Positions 19,301 to 27,447 of a stretch of 37,439 nt of DNA are shown in pieces (the first letter of the stretch is position 1; each line of letters starts with the position of its first letter). The position numbers and the translations under genes are program-made. The notes beneath the pieces are model-generated. The model did not search any database. It was not told where the DNA came from and worked only from the letters and a program-made list of their open reading frames with translations. Origin of the DNA: a virus (Duplodnaviria > Heunggongvirae > Uroviricota > Caudoviricetes); IMG/VR virus record IMGVR_UViG_3300035688_000604; one strand, given 5' to 3'.

Positions 19301-19856
19301 TGTTGCAATCTTTTATAGTTGCATTGTTGACTTCAACATCTATTCTTGATGGAGAACCATCATTTACTATATACCCCTGACAATCTAAAACTATATTATC
19401 AGCAGTGGTAATTTTAATGCATTCGGCAACAGCACCACTTACTATATTAGTAGTCAAATAATAAACATCAGATGAATTCAATTCCACACAACCAGAAATA
19501 GTTGTTACATTTGGAGAACAACCAATACCCCAACCAATTGCATTTCCACCGCTAACCTCAACGTGCATACCTGTGCTACCAGTATAAACCCAATCATGTA
19601 GAGTAATGATTTCAGTTGGGTCAAAATAAAAAAAACTTGGTAAACTTCCAAGAAATCTCGAAGTCCTATCGATATTATTAACCTTGATTTCCAAATTCTC
19701 TTTGTAGATTCTCTCATCCCCATTATTTCTTATAGAAAATGTCATATCACCATTAGGGCAACTCGTCCCTGTAAGTTGAATGCTTTTAGTAGCATGAACC
19801 ACAGGTAAAACTAATAAAATCAAAGACAGTGTTGCTAAAATTATTATTTTCTTCAT
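16323..19856 (-). CDS. Large secreted parallel beta-helix surface protein with conserved C-terminal anchor
   Basis: Likely start MKKIIILATL at 19856 (signal peptide); NosD-like repeats; C-term DIGEGVGNLLLNMSSP + TM + GKGIGGKI. Confidence 0.85.
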   Translation of the reverse strand: MKKIIILATLSLILLVLPVVHATKSIQLTGTSCPNGDMTFSIRNNGDERIYKENLEIKVNNIDRTSRFLGSLPSFFYFDPTEIITLHDWVYTGSTGMHVEVSGGNAIGWGIGCSPNVTTISGCVELNSSDVYYLTTNIVSGAVAECIKITTADNIVLDCQGYIVNDGSPSRIDVEVNNATIKDCNIQGGFYGVEVHANYLTAYNNTVTLTSGKGISEFTGSNTYFNNILSGGANACLEVQSNSNVYDNIISCWFAEYGNSNNIYNNKFSGTMQVSGGSNFWNTTRQNGTRIYSEGIEIGGNFWNDYSITCTDVDKDGFCDDAYNVSTDSSCIVGIDCGNEVDYLALSDEYASPYDITDCKNIDSAGEYVLQNDLFVYCEESDCYCLGINSDNITVDFNGYKIYSNTTGNETTTLKGIQLFGYDNTTIKNGEFNTLTWGVIHAGDADNITIQNMTFDNINSGLGQSPDSDLDYLIIQNNSFYNSGRVVEIWNEAGVGESYNFNHNNINGIIYAIDIRNSNNVNISDSDIYNISQRGMFLEVTNLIIDNVTIHDTGEEGIKFGWGGSNNVTLSNIEAYNCGANSEACIEITNANNTYLDNVLVYDSPNAVGIEEIASVNVVVNNSEVYNTNWGFGWNDAGGTGGNSFYNTISHDNTQNGFGIQGGSNFILINVSAYNNENNGIQIWNNVNNVSISDGEIFNAGWVGLVIEDSQGIMLENMLIHDCSFRGIWGRVVNNMFINNNTVYNTDDQAIDFDDSGSNITLINSELYNGNGFRLSGDFSNVTVIDNYIHDSQTSINFDDKLSDSLIENNNITGGRYGIYYVGNRGVNNSFINNNVSVERYAMILVSEGHNYLRNNTFVSYLRPTFYVTPEIIEGWDNDIDESNTANGLPIKYLKGINNSVVESVSTNILYIVLSDNVTLKNQNMNGLNQHLAIGGCSNVNIDDVNINGTVYGLYLSHSNTSGSVNRLKASNNFYGALIQYDSNADVFDSTFSDNLYYDLYLWDANVNATNITLDDGKILLDNNSTLFKKWWIKSNILFNSLPIQANVSIKDIFNNTPFENYTNFINYDLIQYKVWDDGLGNTSQESYSSYNITVSKPSYGLITLSLDLTDNYLNNFILSFIRRGTFSETGQDIGEGVGNLLLNMSSPMAIFIILLAITSMVGFVIASFGKGIGGKI
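16399..16445. repeat. 47-nt exact repeat shared with 23391-23437 (anchor coding region)
   Basis: ataaagatagccatcggtgaactcatattcaacagaagattaccgac occurs in both genes. Confidence 0.9.
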
Positions 19857-19857
19857 A

Positions 19858-20190
19858 TCATCCCCAATAATAAAATAGACTCTCCAACGCTCCTCTTGCA
19901 ACTGAGCGTTTCTTCATCCCAAGTTTTTCAAGGAAATGTCTTTCAGACATCTCCAATGGCTCTGCTGGTTCTTTAACAATCTTGGCTGTTATACCAATCT
20001 TCTTGAATGATGGGTCTTTTTCCATCATCCATAAAGCATTCTCAGCATCCTCAAGATATTTTCTTTGCTCAAGCATTGGAAACCATCCTTTAGCGAATGG
20101 AAATACTTTCGTAAAAGTTTCTGGATATTTGATATATATTCTGTAAGACATTGCAATCTTTTTTCTTGGGTCGCCAATTCTATGAACCAT
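19858..20190 (-). CDS. MVH-start protein, paralog of 16015-16323
   Basis: MVHRIGDPRKKIAMSYRIY...LEQRKYLEDA...KIVKE...RGALES. Confidence 0.8.
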   Translation of the reverse strand: MVHRIGDPRKKIAMSYRIYIKYPETFTKVFPFAKGWFPMLEQRKYLEDAENALWMMEKDPSFKKIGITAKIVKEPAEPLEMSERHFLEKLGMKKRSVARGALESLFYYWG

Positions 20191-20198
20191 TTTATCGC

Positions 20199-20480
20199 CT
20201 AACCCAACGCTCTCATTTCCTCAGTTTTTTCTTCTGGTTTCTTTTCCGCTTCTTTGTGAGAACCACCAAGTGAATCCAAGAACTCGTCCATTGATTCTTC
20301 GTAATCATCTATTATGTCTTTCTCGTCTTCTGCTTCTTTCTTCTGAATTGCTTCGACTGGTTGCGGTTCTTCTTTTTTGAGTTCCTCGATTAGTGCCTTG
20401 TCTTTCTGAATCTCCTTCTCGAATTCTTTCATATCCTCTTCCAAATGAGCGATTATTTTTTCATGCATTTTATGAACCAT
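20199..20480 (-). CDS. MVH-start acidic coiled-coil protein
   Basis: ORF track; MVHKMHEK, E/K-rich. Confidence 0.75.
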   Translation of the reverse strand: MVHKMHEKIIAHLEEDMKEFEKEIQKDKALIEELKKEEPQPVEAIQKKEAEDEKDIIDDYEESMDEFLDSLGGSHKEAEKKPEEKTEEMRALG

Positions 20481-20708
20481 TTAAATTTTCACCTTTTTCA
20501 CGATATTAAAATCATAAATTGATTCTACTTTACCAGTAGGTAATTTAATATCAATAACATCTAAAGTTCCTTGATGTGGTGCATCTTCCATAATTTTTAC
20601 AATTGATTTAATTTTTAACCAGTTCGTAGCAGGATATGATTCTTTGAGACCTATACCTGTAGGTTCAACTAAAACAAAACTACCTTTTTTTATCCATTTA
20701 TGAACCAT
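20481..20708 (-). CDS. MVH-start small beta-rich (SH3/KOW-like) protein
   Basis: MVHKWIKKGSFVLV...; GGTGA RBS; fold call tentative. Confidence 0.7.
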   Translation of the reverse strand: MVHKWIKKGSFVLVEPTGIGLKESYPATNWLKIKSIVKIMEDAPHQGTLDVIDIKLPTGKVESIYDFNIVKKVKI

Positions 20709-20715
20709 ATTTTAT

Positions 20716-20889
20716 TCACCCCGCTAAAAACCAAGCAAGTGTCATAATCTTTTGTGCGTTCCTATATTGTTTAGGCGTATATTTTTCTCTATACTTGATT
20801 ATCCTTTCTGCCTTTAATATTTTCTTCTGGATGTCTGGCTCAAGATGTGATATTCCCATTTCTTCTGCTTTTGTAATTCTATGAACCAT
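20716..20889 (-). CDS. MVH-start micro-ORF (57 aa)
   Basis: Hand translation MVHRITKAEEMGISHLEPDIQ...LAWFLAG; TAATG coupling. Confidence 0.7.
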   Translation of the reverse strand: MVHRITKAEEMGISHLEPDIQKKILKAERIIKYREKYTPKQYRNAQKIMTLAWFLAG

Positions 20890-21029
20890 TACATCGACCT
20901 CTTTTTCATCTTTCTCAGCATATAACGCATCTTTCCTATCGTCCTGCTATGCATCTTCCTGAAATATTGCTCCATCGTGTTGCTAAATCTCTTCATTGTT
21001 ATCATTGAATCTTTTCGTTTATGAGCCAT
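20889..21029 (-). CDS. MAH-start basic micro-ORF (46 aa)
   Basis: MAHKRKDSMITMKRF...MKKRSM; TAATG overlaps at both ends. Confidence 0.7.
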   Translation of the reverse strand: MAHKRKDSMITMKRFSNTMEQYFRKMHSRTIGKMRYMLRKMKKRSM

Positions 21030-21259
21030 TATTCTTTCACACCCCATTTACCATTGAACTTATCACCGAATAATAAATTATCTTGCTCGTCTGTAATCTT
21101 AATCAGGTCTGGTTTGTATGTCTCGAATGAAATCGTCCCTTCTCTAACCATCTTTGCAATCTGTTCTGCATTGAGACCGACTTGCTCAGTCATCATGTTT
21201 CCAAACCAGACTATCCAAGTCTTCTCAGGTTTTTCTTCAATCTCGATTTTGTGAACCAT
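21029..21259 (-). CDS. MVH-start protein (76 aa)
   Basis: MVHKIEIEEKP...; ATG at 21259 overlaps the upstream TAA. Confidence 0.75.
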   Translation of the reverse strand: MVHKIEIEEKPEKTWIVWFGNMMTEQVGLNAEQIAKMVREGTISFETYKPDLIKITDEQDNLLFGDKFNGKWGVKE

Positions 21260-21405
21260 TACCAAGCACCATATTTTCTTTTAGCATCTTTTAATGATAT
21301 TCTTTTTTTATATCCTGTGGCATCTGATACATCATAATAATATCGCCTGCCTGAAATCATATCTATGAATAAATGATGACCTTCATTATGTTTTTTATGA
21401 ACCAT
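21259..21405 (-). CDS. MVH-start micro-ORF (48 aa)
   Basis: MVHKKHNEGHHLFIDMISGRRYYYDVSDATGYKKRISLKDAKRKYGAW. Confidence 0.7.
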   Translation of the reverse strand: MVHKKHNEGHHLFIDMISGRRYYYDVSDATGYKKRISLKDAKRKYGAW

Positions 21406-21407
21406 AA

Positions 21408-21557
21408 TTACCACTCATACGGATTAAAATATCCTTGACCTATTATCCAATTTAATTCTACTGTCGTTGGTTTTCTTCCAACTTCCTTCTTGAATAATCT
21501 TTCTAATTTTTCTACGTCTTCATAAGTCATTTTTCTCTTCACTTTAATTATATGCAT
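21408..21557 (-). CDS. MH-start micro-ORF (49 aa)
   Basis: MHIIKVKRKMTYEDVEKLERLFKKEVGRKPTTVELNWIIGQGYFNPYEW; TAATG coupling. Confidence 0.65.
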   Translation of the reverse strand: MHIIKVKRKMTYEDVEKLERLFKKEVGRKPTTVELNWIIGQGYFNPYEW

Positions 21558-21664
21558 TAACTTCCACCCAAACCTTTTTTCAATCTTCTTATATAATTGC
21601 TCATACCGCTATCGCTAAACATGTCTCCTACTCCCTTCTTCTTTTCGAGTTTGTGCATTCTCAT
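21557..21664 (-). CDS. Micro-ORF (MR)MHKLEKKKGVGDMF... (33-35 aa)
   Basis: ATG at 21664 (ATGA overlap) or at 21658 (gives MHK); fills the gap exactly. Confidence 0.55.
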   Translation of the reverse strand: MRMHKLEKKKGVGDMFSDSGMSNYIRRLKKGLGGS

Positions 21665-22299
21665 ACCCATTCAATTTTAGTTTCCTTCTTCCAGTTGTTA
21701 TTCTTCTTTGATTTTTCTTCTTTTTTTGGTAGCAGTAGTGAAGGTATCGTCTTAGTGACAAATTTTGACGCACCAGCAAGAGCCTCTTTTATTTTCGGAA
21801 CAGCCTCTTCCAATTCTTCCATGACAGGTTTCTTTACTGGTCGTTGCATATATATTTCAGGTGCTACTCCATGCTCTGGAACTTCAATTTCATGTGTCTC
21901 AATGAAAGGTATTCTTGGTCTCTCTTTTGGCAAAGCACCTTCCTCAATTTCCATTTTTGTCTTCTCAAGTTCTTTCTCCATAAGGTCTTTTCTGAGGTTG
22001 AATATCTCTTCCCTTTCTTCTTTCAATTTCTCTCGCTCTTCTTCTGCAAGGCTTTTCGCTTCATCGAGTTCCTCTTGTTTTTCTTCTGCCAAATCCTCTG
22101 CCTCTCTTTCTGCGTAATAGTTTTCGATTTGTTTGTTGAACTGCTCTATCTCCCTGTCTCTTTGTGCCAATTCTGTATCCATCTCTTCCAACCAACTCGA
22201 TGCACCATCTACAGTATCGAGTCTATGAATCCCTGCCTTATGATTGGCAGGCATTTTATCTACTTGAAACTTCATAGTGTCTGTTAATTTATGAACCAT
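21661..22299 (-). CDS. MVH-start acidic coiled-coil protein (212 aa)
   Basis: MVHKLTD; internal AGIHR; long E/K/R heptad region. Confidence 0.8.
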   Translation of the reverse strand: MVHKLTDTMKFQVDKMPANHKAGIHRLDTVDGASSWLEEMDTELAQRDREIEQFNKQIENYYAEREAEDLAEEKQEELDEAKSLAEEEREKLKEEREEIFNLRKDLMEKELEKTKMEIEEGALPKERPRIPFIETHEIEVPEHGVAPEIYMQRPVKKPVMEELEEAVPKIKEALAGASKFVTKTIPSLLLPKKEEKSKKNNNWKKETKIEWV

Positions 22300-22301
22300 A
22301 C

Positions 22302-22466
22302 TTACATCCTAAACTTTTTAGCCCATTCCACCAATCCTTGTTCCGCCTCATAATATTCTGCTGGCGTGACACCTGTATCTTCCTCTTTCTTTTTCTTTTT
22401 TAACAATTTTTGTAATCTTTTTATTGTTTTCTCTATCTCATGCTCAGTTTTTTGGAACGTGTGCAT
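22302..22466 (-). CDS. MH-start micro-ORF (54 aa)
   Basis: MHTFQKTEHEIEKTIKRLQKLLKKKKKEED...WAKKFRM; GGTGA RBS. Confidence 0.65.
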   Translation of the reverse strand: MHTFQKTEHEIEKTIKRLQKLLKKKKKEEDTGVTPAEYYEAEQGLVEWAKKFRM

Positions 22467-22474
22467 TACATCAC

Positions 22475-22696
22475 CTATTTACATTTTTTACATGATTTTT
22501 TCTTCTTAATAATTTTTTTCTTTTTGGTTTTCATTTTCTTTCCACCTACTTCTTTACCCGCTCTCTTCAGAGCACCTTTGACTGGTTCTGCTCCATGCTT
22601 CATAAGAGCAGTGTAAATCGGGACAGTAGCCATTCCACCGAACATACCACCCATTCCAGCACCGACATCGGAAAGACTTCCACTTATTGTATGCAA
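22475..22696 (-). CDS. MH-start protein homologous to the adhesin C-terminal anchor (73 aa)
   Basis: TTG start after GGTGA; SLSDVGAGMGGMFGGMA...GKEVGGK aligns without gaps to TLSDVGQGVGNLLLNMA...GKGIGGK; K-rich tail with CKKC. Confidence 0.7.
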   Translation of the reverse strand: MHTISGSLSDVGAGMGGMFGGMATVPIYTALMKHGAEPVKGALKRAGKEVGGKKMKTKKKKIIKKKKSCKKCK

Positions 22697-22700
22697 TCAA

Positions 22701-22994
22701 TCACCTTTTTTTTAATTTTACACTTGTCCCCCATTCACTCCAATCATGAATGTCTGTTTCTCCGCCCCCAACTGGCATAGTCCAAAATTCCCAATATCCT
22801 TTGAAAAATGTCTTGATTCTTTTTCTATCTTCTGGGTTCATTTCTTCCAAAGATTTTTCTGGGTCTAACACCCTTGTAACTTCTTCTTCACCATATCTCG
22901 TTTTTACAATATCCCCTTCCTCTGGGGGTCGTGACATTTCTGGCATTAACCTAAACCCATCAACTATTCTAACTTTTTTGATTTTGTGAACCAT
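22701..22994 (-). CDS. MVH-start protein (97 aa)
   Basis: ORF track; MVHKIKKVR. Confidence 0.75.
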   Translation of the reverse strand: MVHKIKKVRIVDGFRLMPEMSRPPEEGDIVKTRYGEEEVTRVLDPEKSLEEMNPEDRKRIKTFFKGYWEFWTMPVGGGETDIHDWSEWGTSVKLKKR

Positions 22995-23315
22995 TTAACC
23001 AGTCCTCTTTAATTCGACATTCATATCAATTATCTCATCCATTTGAACAACACCATAAGCAGTTCCAATCAGAGCGATTTTATTATGAGATGAAAATACT
23101 TCAAAATCTTTCTGGTAGAAATCTTCATCTTTGTTATGAATATCGAGACCGCCAACAGGGAAAACTATTTTGTATTTTGGACTCCATAATTTATGCCTTC
23201 TTAAAAGATACTCGATATTTTTTGCTACATTTTTGTCATTGAAATCTTGAAAAATATCTGTGAGTTCTAAAACTTCTTCCTCACTTATTTTCTTTCTCTT
23301 AATTTTATGAACCAT
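22995..23315 (-). CDS. MVH-start protein (106 aa)
   Basis: MVHKIKRKK; ATG overlaps the adhesin stop (TAATG). Confidence 0.75.
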   Translation of the reverse strand: MVHKIKRKKISEEEVLELTDIFQDFNDKNVAKNIEYLLRRHKLWSPKYKIVFPVGGLDIHNKDEDFYQKDFEVFSSHNKIALIGTAYGVVQMDEIIDMNVELKRTG

Positions 23316-26248
23316 TAGACCTTACCACCTATTCCTTTTCCAACCGATGCAATGACAAAACCAATCATCGCTGTAATTGAAAGTAGAATTATAAAGATAG
23401 CCATCGGTGAACTCATATTCAACAGAAGATTACCGACTCCTTGCCCCACATCAGATAAAGTATCGTTAACTCTGCCTGCTGGGACTGGGACTTCTAATTC
23501 CATCCAATATGTAAACTCTGGGTATGTCACTTTTGAAAAATTAACAGTCTCTTGCGGGTTGACTTCCATTGTATAAGAAGTTGAATTCCTATCCCTCTCA
23601 AGGCATATATAATTATCCCAATCAAAGTTGATGCAAGTTTCATCATAGTCATGTAGATAAGAAGAACTTGTCTTTCCATTATAACTTGTATTTTCTAATA
23701 AAACTTGAGTTCCATTAGCGAAAGTTACGTTGACTTGCTTGTTATCAGTAGGAACTCCATTCACTTTAACTCCAAATGGAATATCCCATGATTTGTAAAC
23801 CCATACTTGAGTGTCATTATCACCAACTAAAAAGACATCACCCGTATCAACATTAATCAAATATAAATTTGAAGAATCAATCTCTATATTCCAAACATCT
23901 CCTGTATTGTTTCTAAGTTGTGAGTTGACTATGGTTACGTTATTAACTCCAGTAATCCAAGTCCCTTCTTGCACATCAGAGCCATCATTGATTGTGACAT
24001 TATCCCACAACACGTTTGCCACTCCACTGACTACAATAGAATATCTTGGATAAGGTCTGTTGTAGTTCTTTAAAGTGAAACTATCTGCACCCGCCACCAT
24101 TATACAGTCAGTGTTTGGATTATCAAGAACAACATCTCCACTGAACCAATATTCCATCGGTTTGTTATTTAAGTAATTGTTAGAAAAATCGAGAGTATCA
24201 CAAGTATCATCATAATTACATAAGGTTTGTGTGCAATACATACTTGGTTCTTCGACTGTGTAGAAATCATTGTCTTTGACTTCGATGTTGTTTGCTCCAC
24301 CAAAAGTTGTTATGAAACCACCAGTCCCGTATGCAGTGTTGTTCAACACATGAATGTCGGAAGAAGATGCAGTTATTGAAAAGCCCATCCCTCTGGGAGA
24401 TGATGTTCCAAGAGTAGAGTTTATGAAATTGTTTATGAATGTTATGTTTTGAGCATTCCTCACTTGGCTTATCTGCCTTGAACTGATTATTCTGTTGTTC
24501 TCAACTATACCATTACTACTATATCTTGGGTCTATGAGCGTCCTTACATTACTCAAATCGTTGTTGCTTACGTTGAAACCATCTACATAATACAAATAGA
24601 AACCTATTTGGTTAGTAACCCCAGAAGACCATGCTAATGTGCAGTTGTTATCATATATGTTCCAATTGCTACTGTTATCAGGTGTTTCCACTCTCACACA
24701 ACGAGTATCTCCAGAACCAGTGAAGATATTGTTGTATATGTCTATATTGTTCGTGGTTTCAGGTAATGCAACAATGCCTTCCTGTGTATAATCATATATA
24801 TTGCTGTTCTTTACTACAACATTACTCCCCGCACTCAGGTCAACACCATAAGTGACTCTGAATAATTCACAATTGTCTATTTCGACATTGTTTGAACCTG
24901 CTCTTACTCCCTTATCAAAATCACTGACACGACAATTCTTTACGATACTACCCTCACCAGTTGATATACCTGCATCACCAGAAGTATCACCATCTATTAT
25001 ATAATTCTGGCAATCCAAAGTGATGTTAGTTCCTGTTATATCCATACAAGTCGATTCTGAAGAATCTGTTATATCAGCAGTCAAATAATATGTTGCTCCT
25101 ATTTGGTCTAAAACAGAACAATCTGAAATCTCTACTGTTGAATTAAAAATCCAATAAATCCCTTCTTCATAAGCGATAGAATTGACATCATGATAACTTA
25201 ACATTTCCCATGCTCCGTCATAGCATTGCCATCCAACTGCCCCACCTTCATCTATATATAAGTATAATTCATCGGGGTCATAATTGAAGCACGAATCTGG
25301 AATCGTTATATTATATGCGAATGGCATTGGGTATTCATCTTTCACTTGCCATATTGCTCCAGTCGCACCAAATGGTTTGATATAATCCATACCGCATTCT
25401 GGTGCATTATCGTAAGTGTCCCAGTCCCCATCTATAACATTCATACCAACTGAACAAGCACTATATCCTTCAGGTAAAGTTTCTGGGAATAAACTATCTG
25501 CATATTCTTGATATAAAGGAGTATAACCAAAGAAATCATAATTCATCGCTATCTCTGGCGGTGACAACGCATAATTAAAGATTTCAAATTCATCAATGTC
25601 TCCATCAAAAAACAAACCAAGACCATCTATTGAACCGACACTCAATTCACCGACATTATTCAATGAACCAACAGGGGTATCGGCTGTGACTATCGGTATC
25701 TTATCTATCCACATCTCCCAGTGCATGACATTTCTTAGGATAACTATCTGATGCCAGTAACCGTCCATCACGTTTGGCGAAGAAGGAGTTGATAATATAA
25801 CAGCCCCACCAAAACTATCACTCGCAATAAATTGTGGTTGGCAAGTATCTAATAAATATAACCAGTATCCGACTGATGCTGGAAAAACTGGTGCAGGTGG
25901 TATTGCCTTATGATATATAGTGCTACCATCCACACAACTTGTCATAGGATGTTTTGCTCTGACCCATATTTTTATTGTAAAAGTATCTACTGGGTCAAAA
26001 TCTAAAAATGGACTATTAGTGCAATTTACCCAGTCATTTATTCCATCATAACGAAGTGCATAATTATTAACTCCTGCAATCCAATCAGCAGAATTCATTC
26101 TTTCACAAGGAACAGGATAAAATTCATTTGCTATTATATTTCCACTACCTTCTTTGAATTTCCACCAATCAACTATTGATGGTGGTGCTAATACCGTAGG
26201 TATCGCTAACAAAAACATTGATGCAACTAACAACATTATTTTTTTCAT
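23315..26248 (-). CDS. Secreted LamG + beta-helix surface protein with conserved C-terminal anchor
   Basis: Start MKKIMLL (TAATG coupling); LamG domain highly similar to 11053-13242; C-term TLSDVGQGVGNLLLNMSSP + TM + GKGIGGKV. Confidence 0.85.
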   Translation of the reverse strand: MKKIMLLVASMFLLAIPTVLAPPSIVDWWKFKEGSGNIIANEFYPVPCERMNSADWIAGVNNYALRYDGINDWVNCTNSPFLDFDPVDTFTIKIWVRAKHPMTSCVDGSTIYHKAIPPAPVFPASVGYWLYLLDTCQPQFIASDSFGGAVILSTPSSPNVMDGYWHQIVILRNVMHWEMWIDKIPIVTADTPVGSLNNVGELSVGSIDGLGLFFDGDIDEFEIFNYALSPPEIAMNYDFFGYTPLYQEYADSLFPETLPEGYSACSVGMNVIDGDWDTYDNAPECGMDYIKPFGATGAIWQVKDEYPMPFAYNITIPDSCFNYDPDELYLYIDEGGAVGWQCYDGAWEMLSYHDVNSIAYEEGIYWIFNSTVEISDCSVLDQIGATYYLTADITDSSESTCMDITGTNITLDCQNYIIDGDTSGDAGISTGEGSIVKNCRVSDFDKGVRAGSNNVEIDNCELFRVTYGVDLSAGSNVVVKNSNIYDYTQEGIVALPETTNNIDIYNNIFTGSGDTRCVRVETPDNSSNWNIYDNNCTLAWSSGVTNQIGFYLYYVDGFNVSNNDLSNVRTLIDPRYSSNGIVENNRIISSRQISQVRNAQNITFINNFINSTLGTSSPRGMGFSITASSSDIHVLNNTAYGTGGFITTFGGANNIEVKDNDFYTVEEPSMYCTQTLCNYDDTCDTLDFSNNYLNNKPMEYWFSGDVVLDNPNTDCIMVAGADSFTLKNYNRPYPRYSIVVSGVANVLWDNVTINDGSDVQEGTWITGVNNVTIVNSQLRNNTGDVWNIEIDSSNLYLINVDTGDVFLVGDNDTQVWVYKSWDIPFGVKVNGVPTDNKQVNVTFANGTQVLLENTSYNGKTSSSYLHDYDETCINFDWDNYICLERDRNSTSYTMEVNPQETVNFSKVTYPEFTYWMELEVPVPAGRVNDTLSDVGQGVGNLLLNMSSPMAIFIILLSITAMIGFVIASVGKGIGGKV

Positions 26249-26595
26249 TACCATTCACCATATTCAATTTCTTCTTTTTCTTTTTTTGGTGGAAGCGTGA
26301 CTCTTATAGGTCTTCTTGTCGGCTCTCTGTGAAGTATTCTTTCTTGAACGAATGCCCTTCCTTTCTTCAATGCCCTTGCAGTATCTCTTGCAATTTTTTG
26401 AGCCTTTGCATAATATCTAACTGCACTTTGATACATCTCTACTGCTTCTTTTGCTTGACGCTCATACTCTTTCTTCTGCCTATCAACCCAATCTTCTTCA
26501 CTTTCTTCTTTTCCAACCTCTACGCCAAATCTTTTCAAGTCTTCCTCAAAAGACTTCATCGCATCTTTTGGTTCTCTCTTCTTTTTATGAACCAT
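26248..26595 (-). CDS. MVH-start charged helical protein (115 aa)
   Basis: MVHKKKREPK; TAATG at both ends. Confidence 0.75.
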   Translation of the reverse strand: MVHKKKREPKDAMKSFEEDLKRFGVEVGKEESEEDWVDRQKKEYERQAKEAVEMYQSAVRYYAKAQKIARDTARALKKGRAFVQERILHREPTRRPIRVTLPPKKEKEEIEYGEW

Positions 26596-27446
26596 TATTT
26601 TTCACCCTTCATCTTCTTTATTTTTTTAATAGCCTCTGGGATTATTTTCTCCATCGGTTCTCCTTTTTGCAGTTTGTCCACAAACTCAACGAAGACTTTA
26701 TCTTCGACTGTTCCTTTTGATGGGTCAGTCCCAGTTAATGCAGTGAACTTGAATTTTTCTGGGTCACGATGAACTTTTAATAAATTATTGACAATTTTCT
26801 TGACTTTTGTTGAGTCTTTTTTCTGAACGAAGAAATCATATCCAGAAGAAAATACATTTGAAGTCCTTGAAAAAACTTTTGCATAGGCTACTTTCATATC
26901 ACCCAATTCTTTTGTCAGTTTTTCATCGAAATCTTCCAAGTCACCAGCATCTTCAGACATAGATAATATGCAATCGGAATGAACATTGACCCAATCTTTG
27001 CTTGTTACTTCATAATATCCACGCCATGCATCAGTAGAATGCCATTCAACTTCAAAATCACCTTGAGTCTCATCGGTGTAATGACATATAGCATGAGGAT
27101 ATGTATCGCCACCTTCCTCTGACTCATCCATCGGTGCTTGTGGATAATTGTAATAATAAACCGTTGCAGAAGGTTCTTCGGTATCATACTCAACTAACGC
27201 ATCAGAATCTCCTTTTGCCTTTTCTTCTGCATCTTCCTTTGTCAGTTCTCCTTTCTCATATTTTTCTTTGTAGTCGTTATAAATATCTCTGACTTCTTTT
27301 TCCCATTCATCTGTGTTTATATCTGGAAAATATGTTAATGAACTCTTGAAATCATCAAACGATTTGAAGTCTGATTTGTGCTTTCCAGCCTTATGTATTC
27401 CTCTCCCTGTCCTTGATATTTTATCTTTTTTTATTAAGTGAACCAT
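26595..27446 (-). CDS. MVH-start phage-type hypothetical protein (283 aa)
   Basis: MVHLIKK...GRGIHK; TDAWRGYY and SNVFSSG motifs resemble phage hypothetical families. Confidence 0.75.
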   Translation of the reverse strand: MVHLIKKDKISRTGRGIHKAGKHKSDFKSFDDFKSSLTYFPDINTDEWEKEVRDIYNDYKEKYEKGELTKEDAEEKAKGDSDALVEYDTEEPSATVYYYNYPQAPMDESEEGGDTYPHAICHYTDETQGDFEVEWHSTDAWRGYYEVTSKDWVNVHSDCILSMSEDAGDLEDFDEKLTKELGDMKVAYAKVFSRTSNVFSSGYDFFVQKKDSTKVKKIVNNLLKVHRDPEKFKFTALTGTDPSKGTVEDKVFVEFVDKLQKGEPMEKIIPEAIKKIKKMKGEK

Positions 27447-27447
27447 T

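Noticed and set aside
4273-26248. Diversity-generating retroelement acting on the adhesins
   Set aside because: Shared tracts are exact rather than adenine-mismatched TR/VR pairs, and no reverse transcriptase is present in the window
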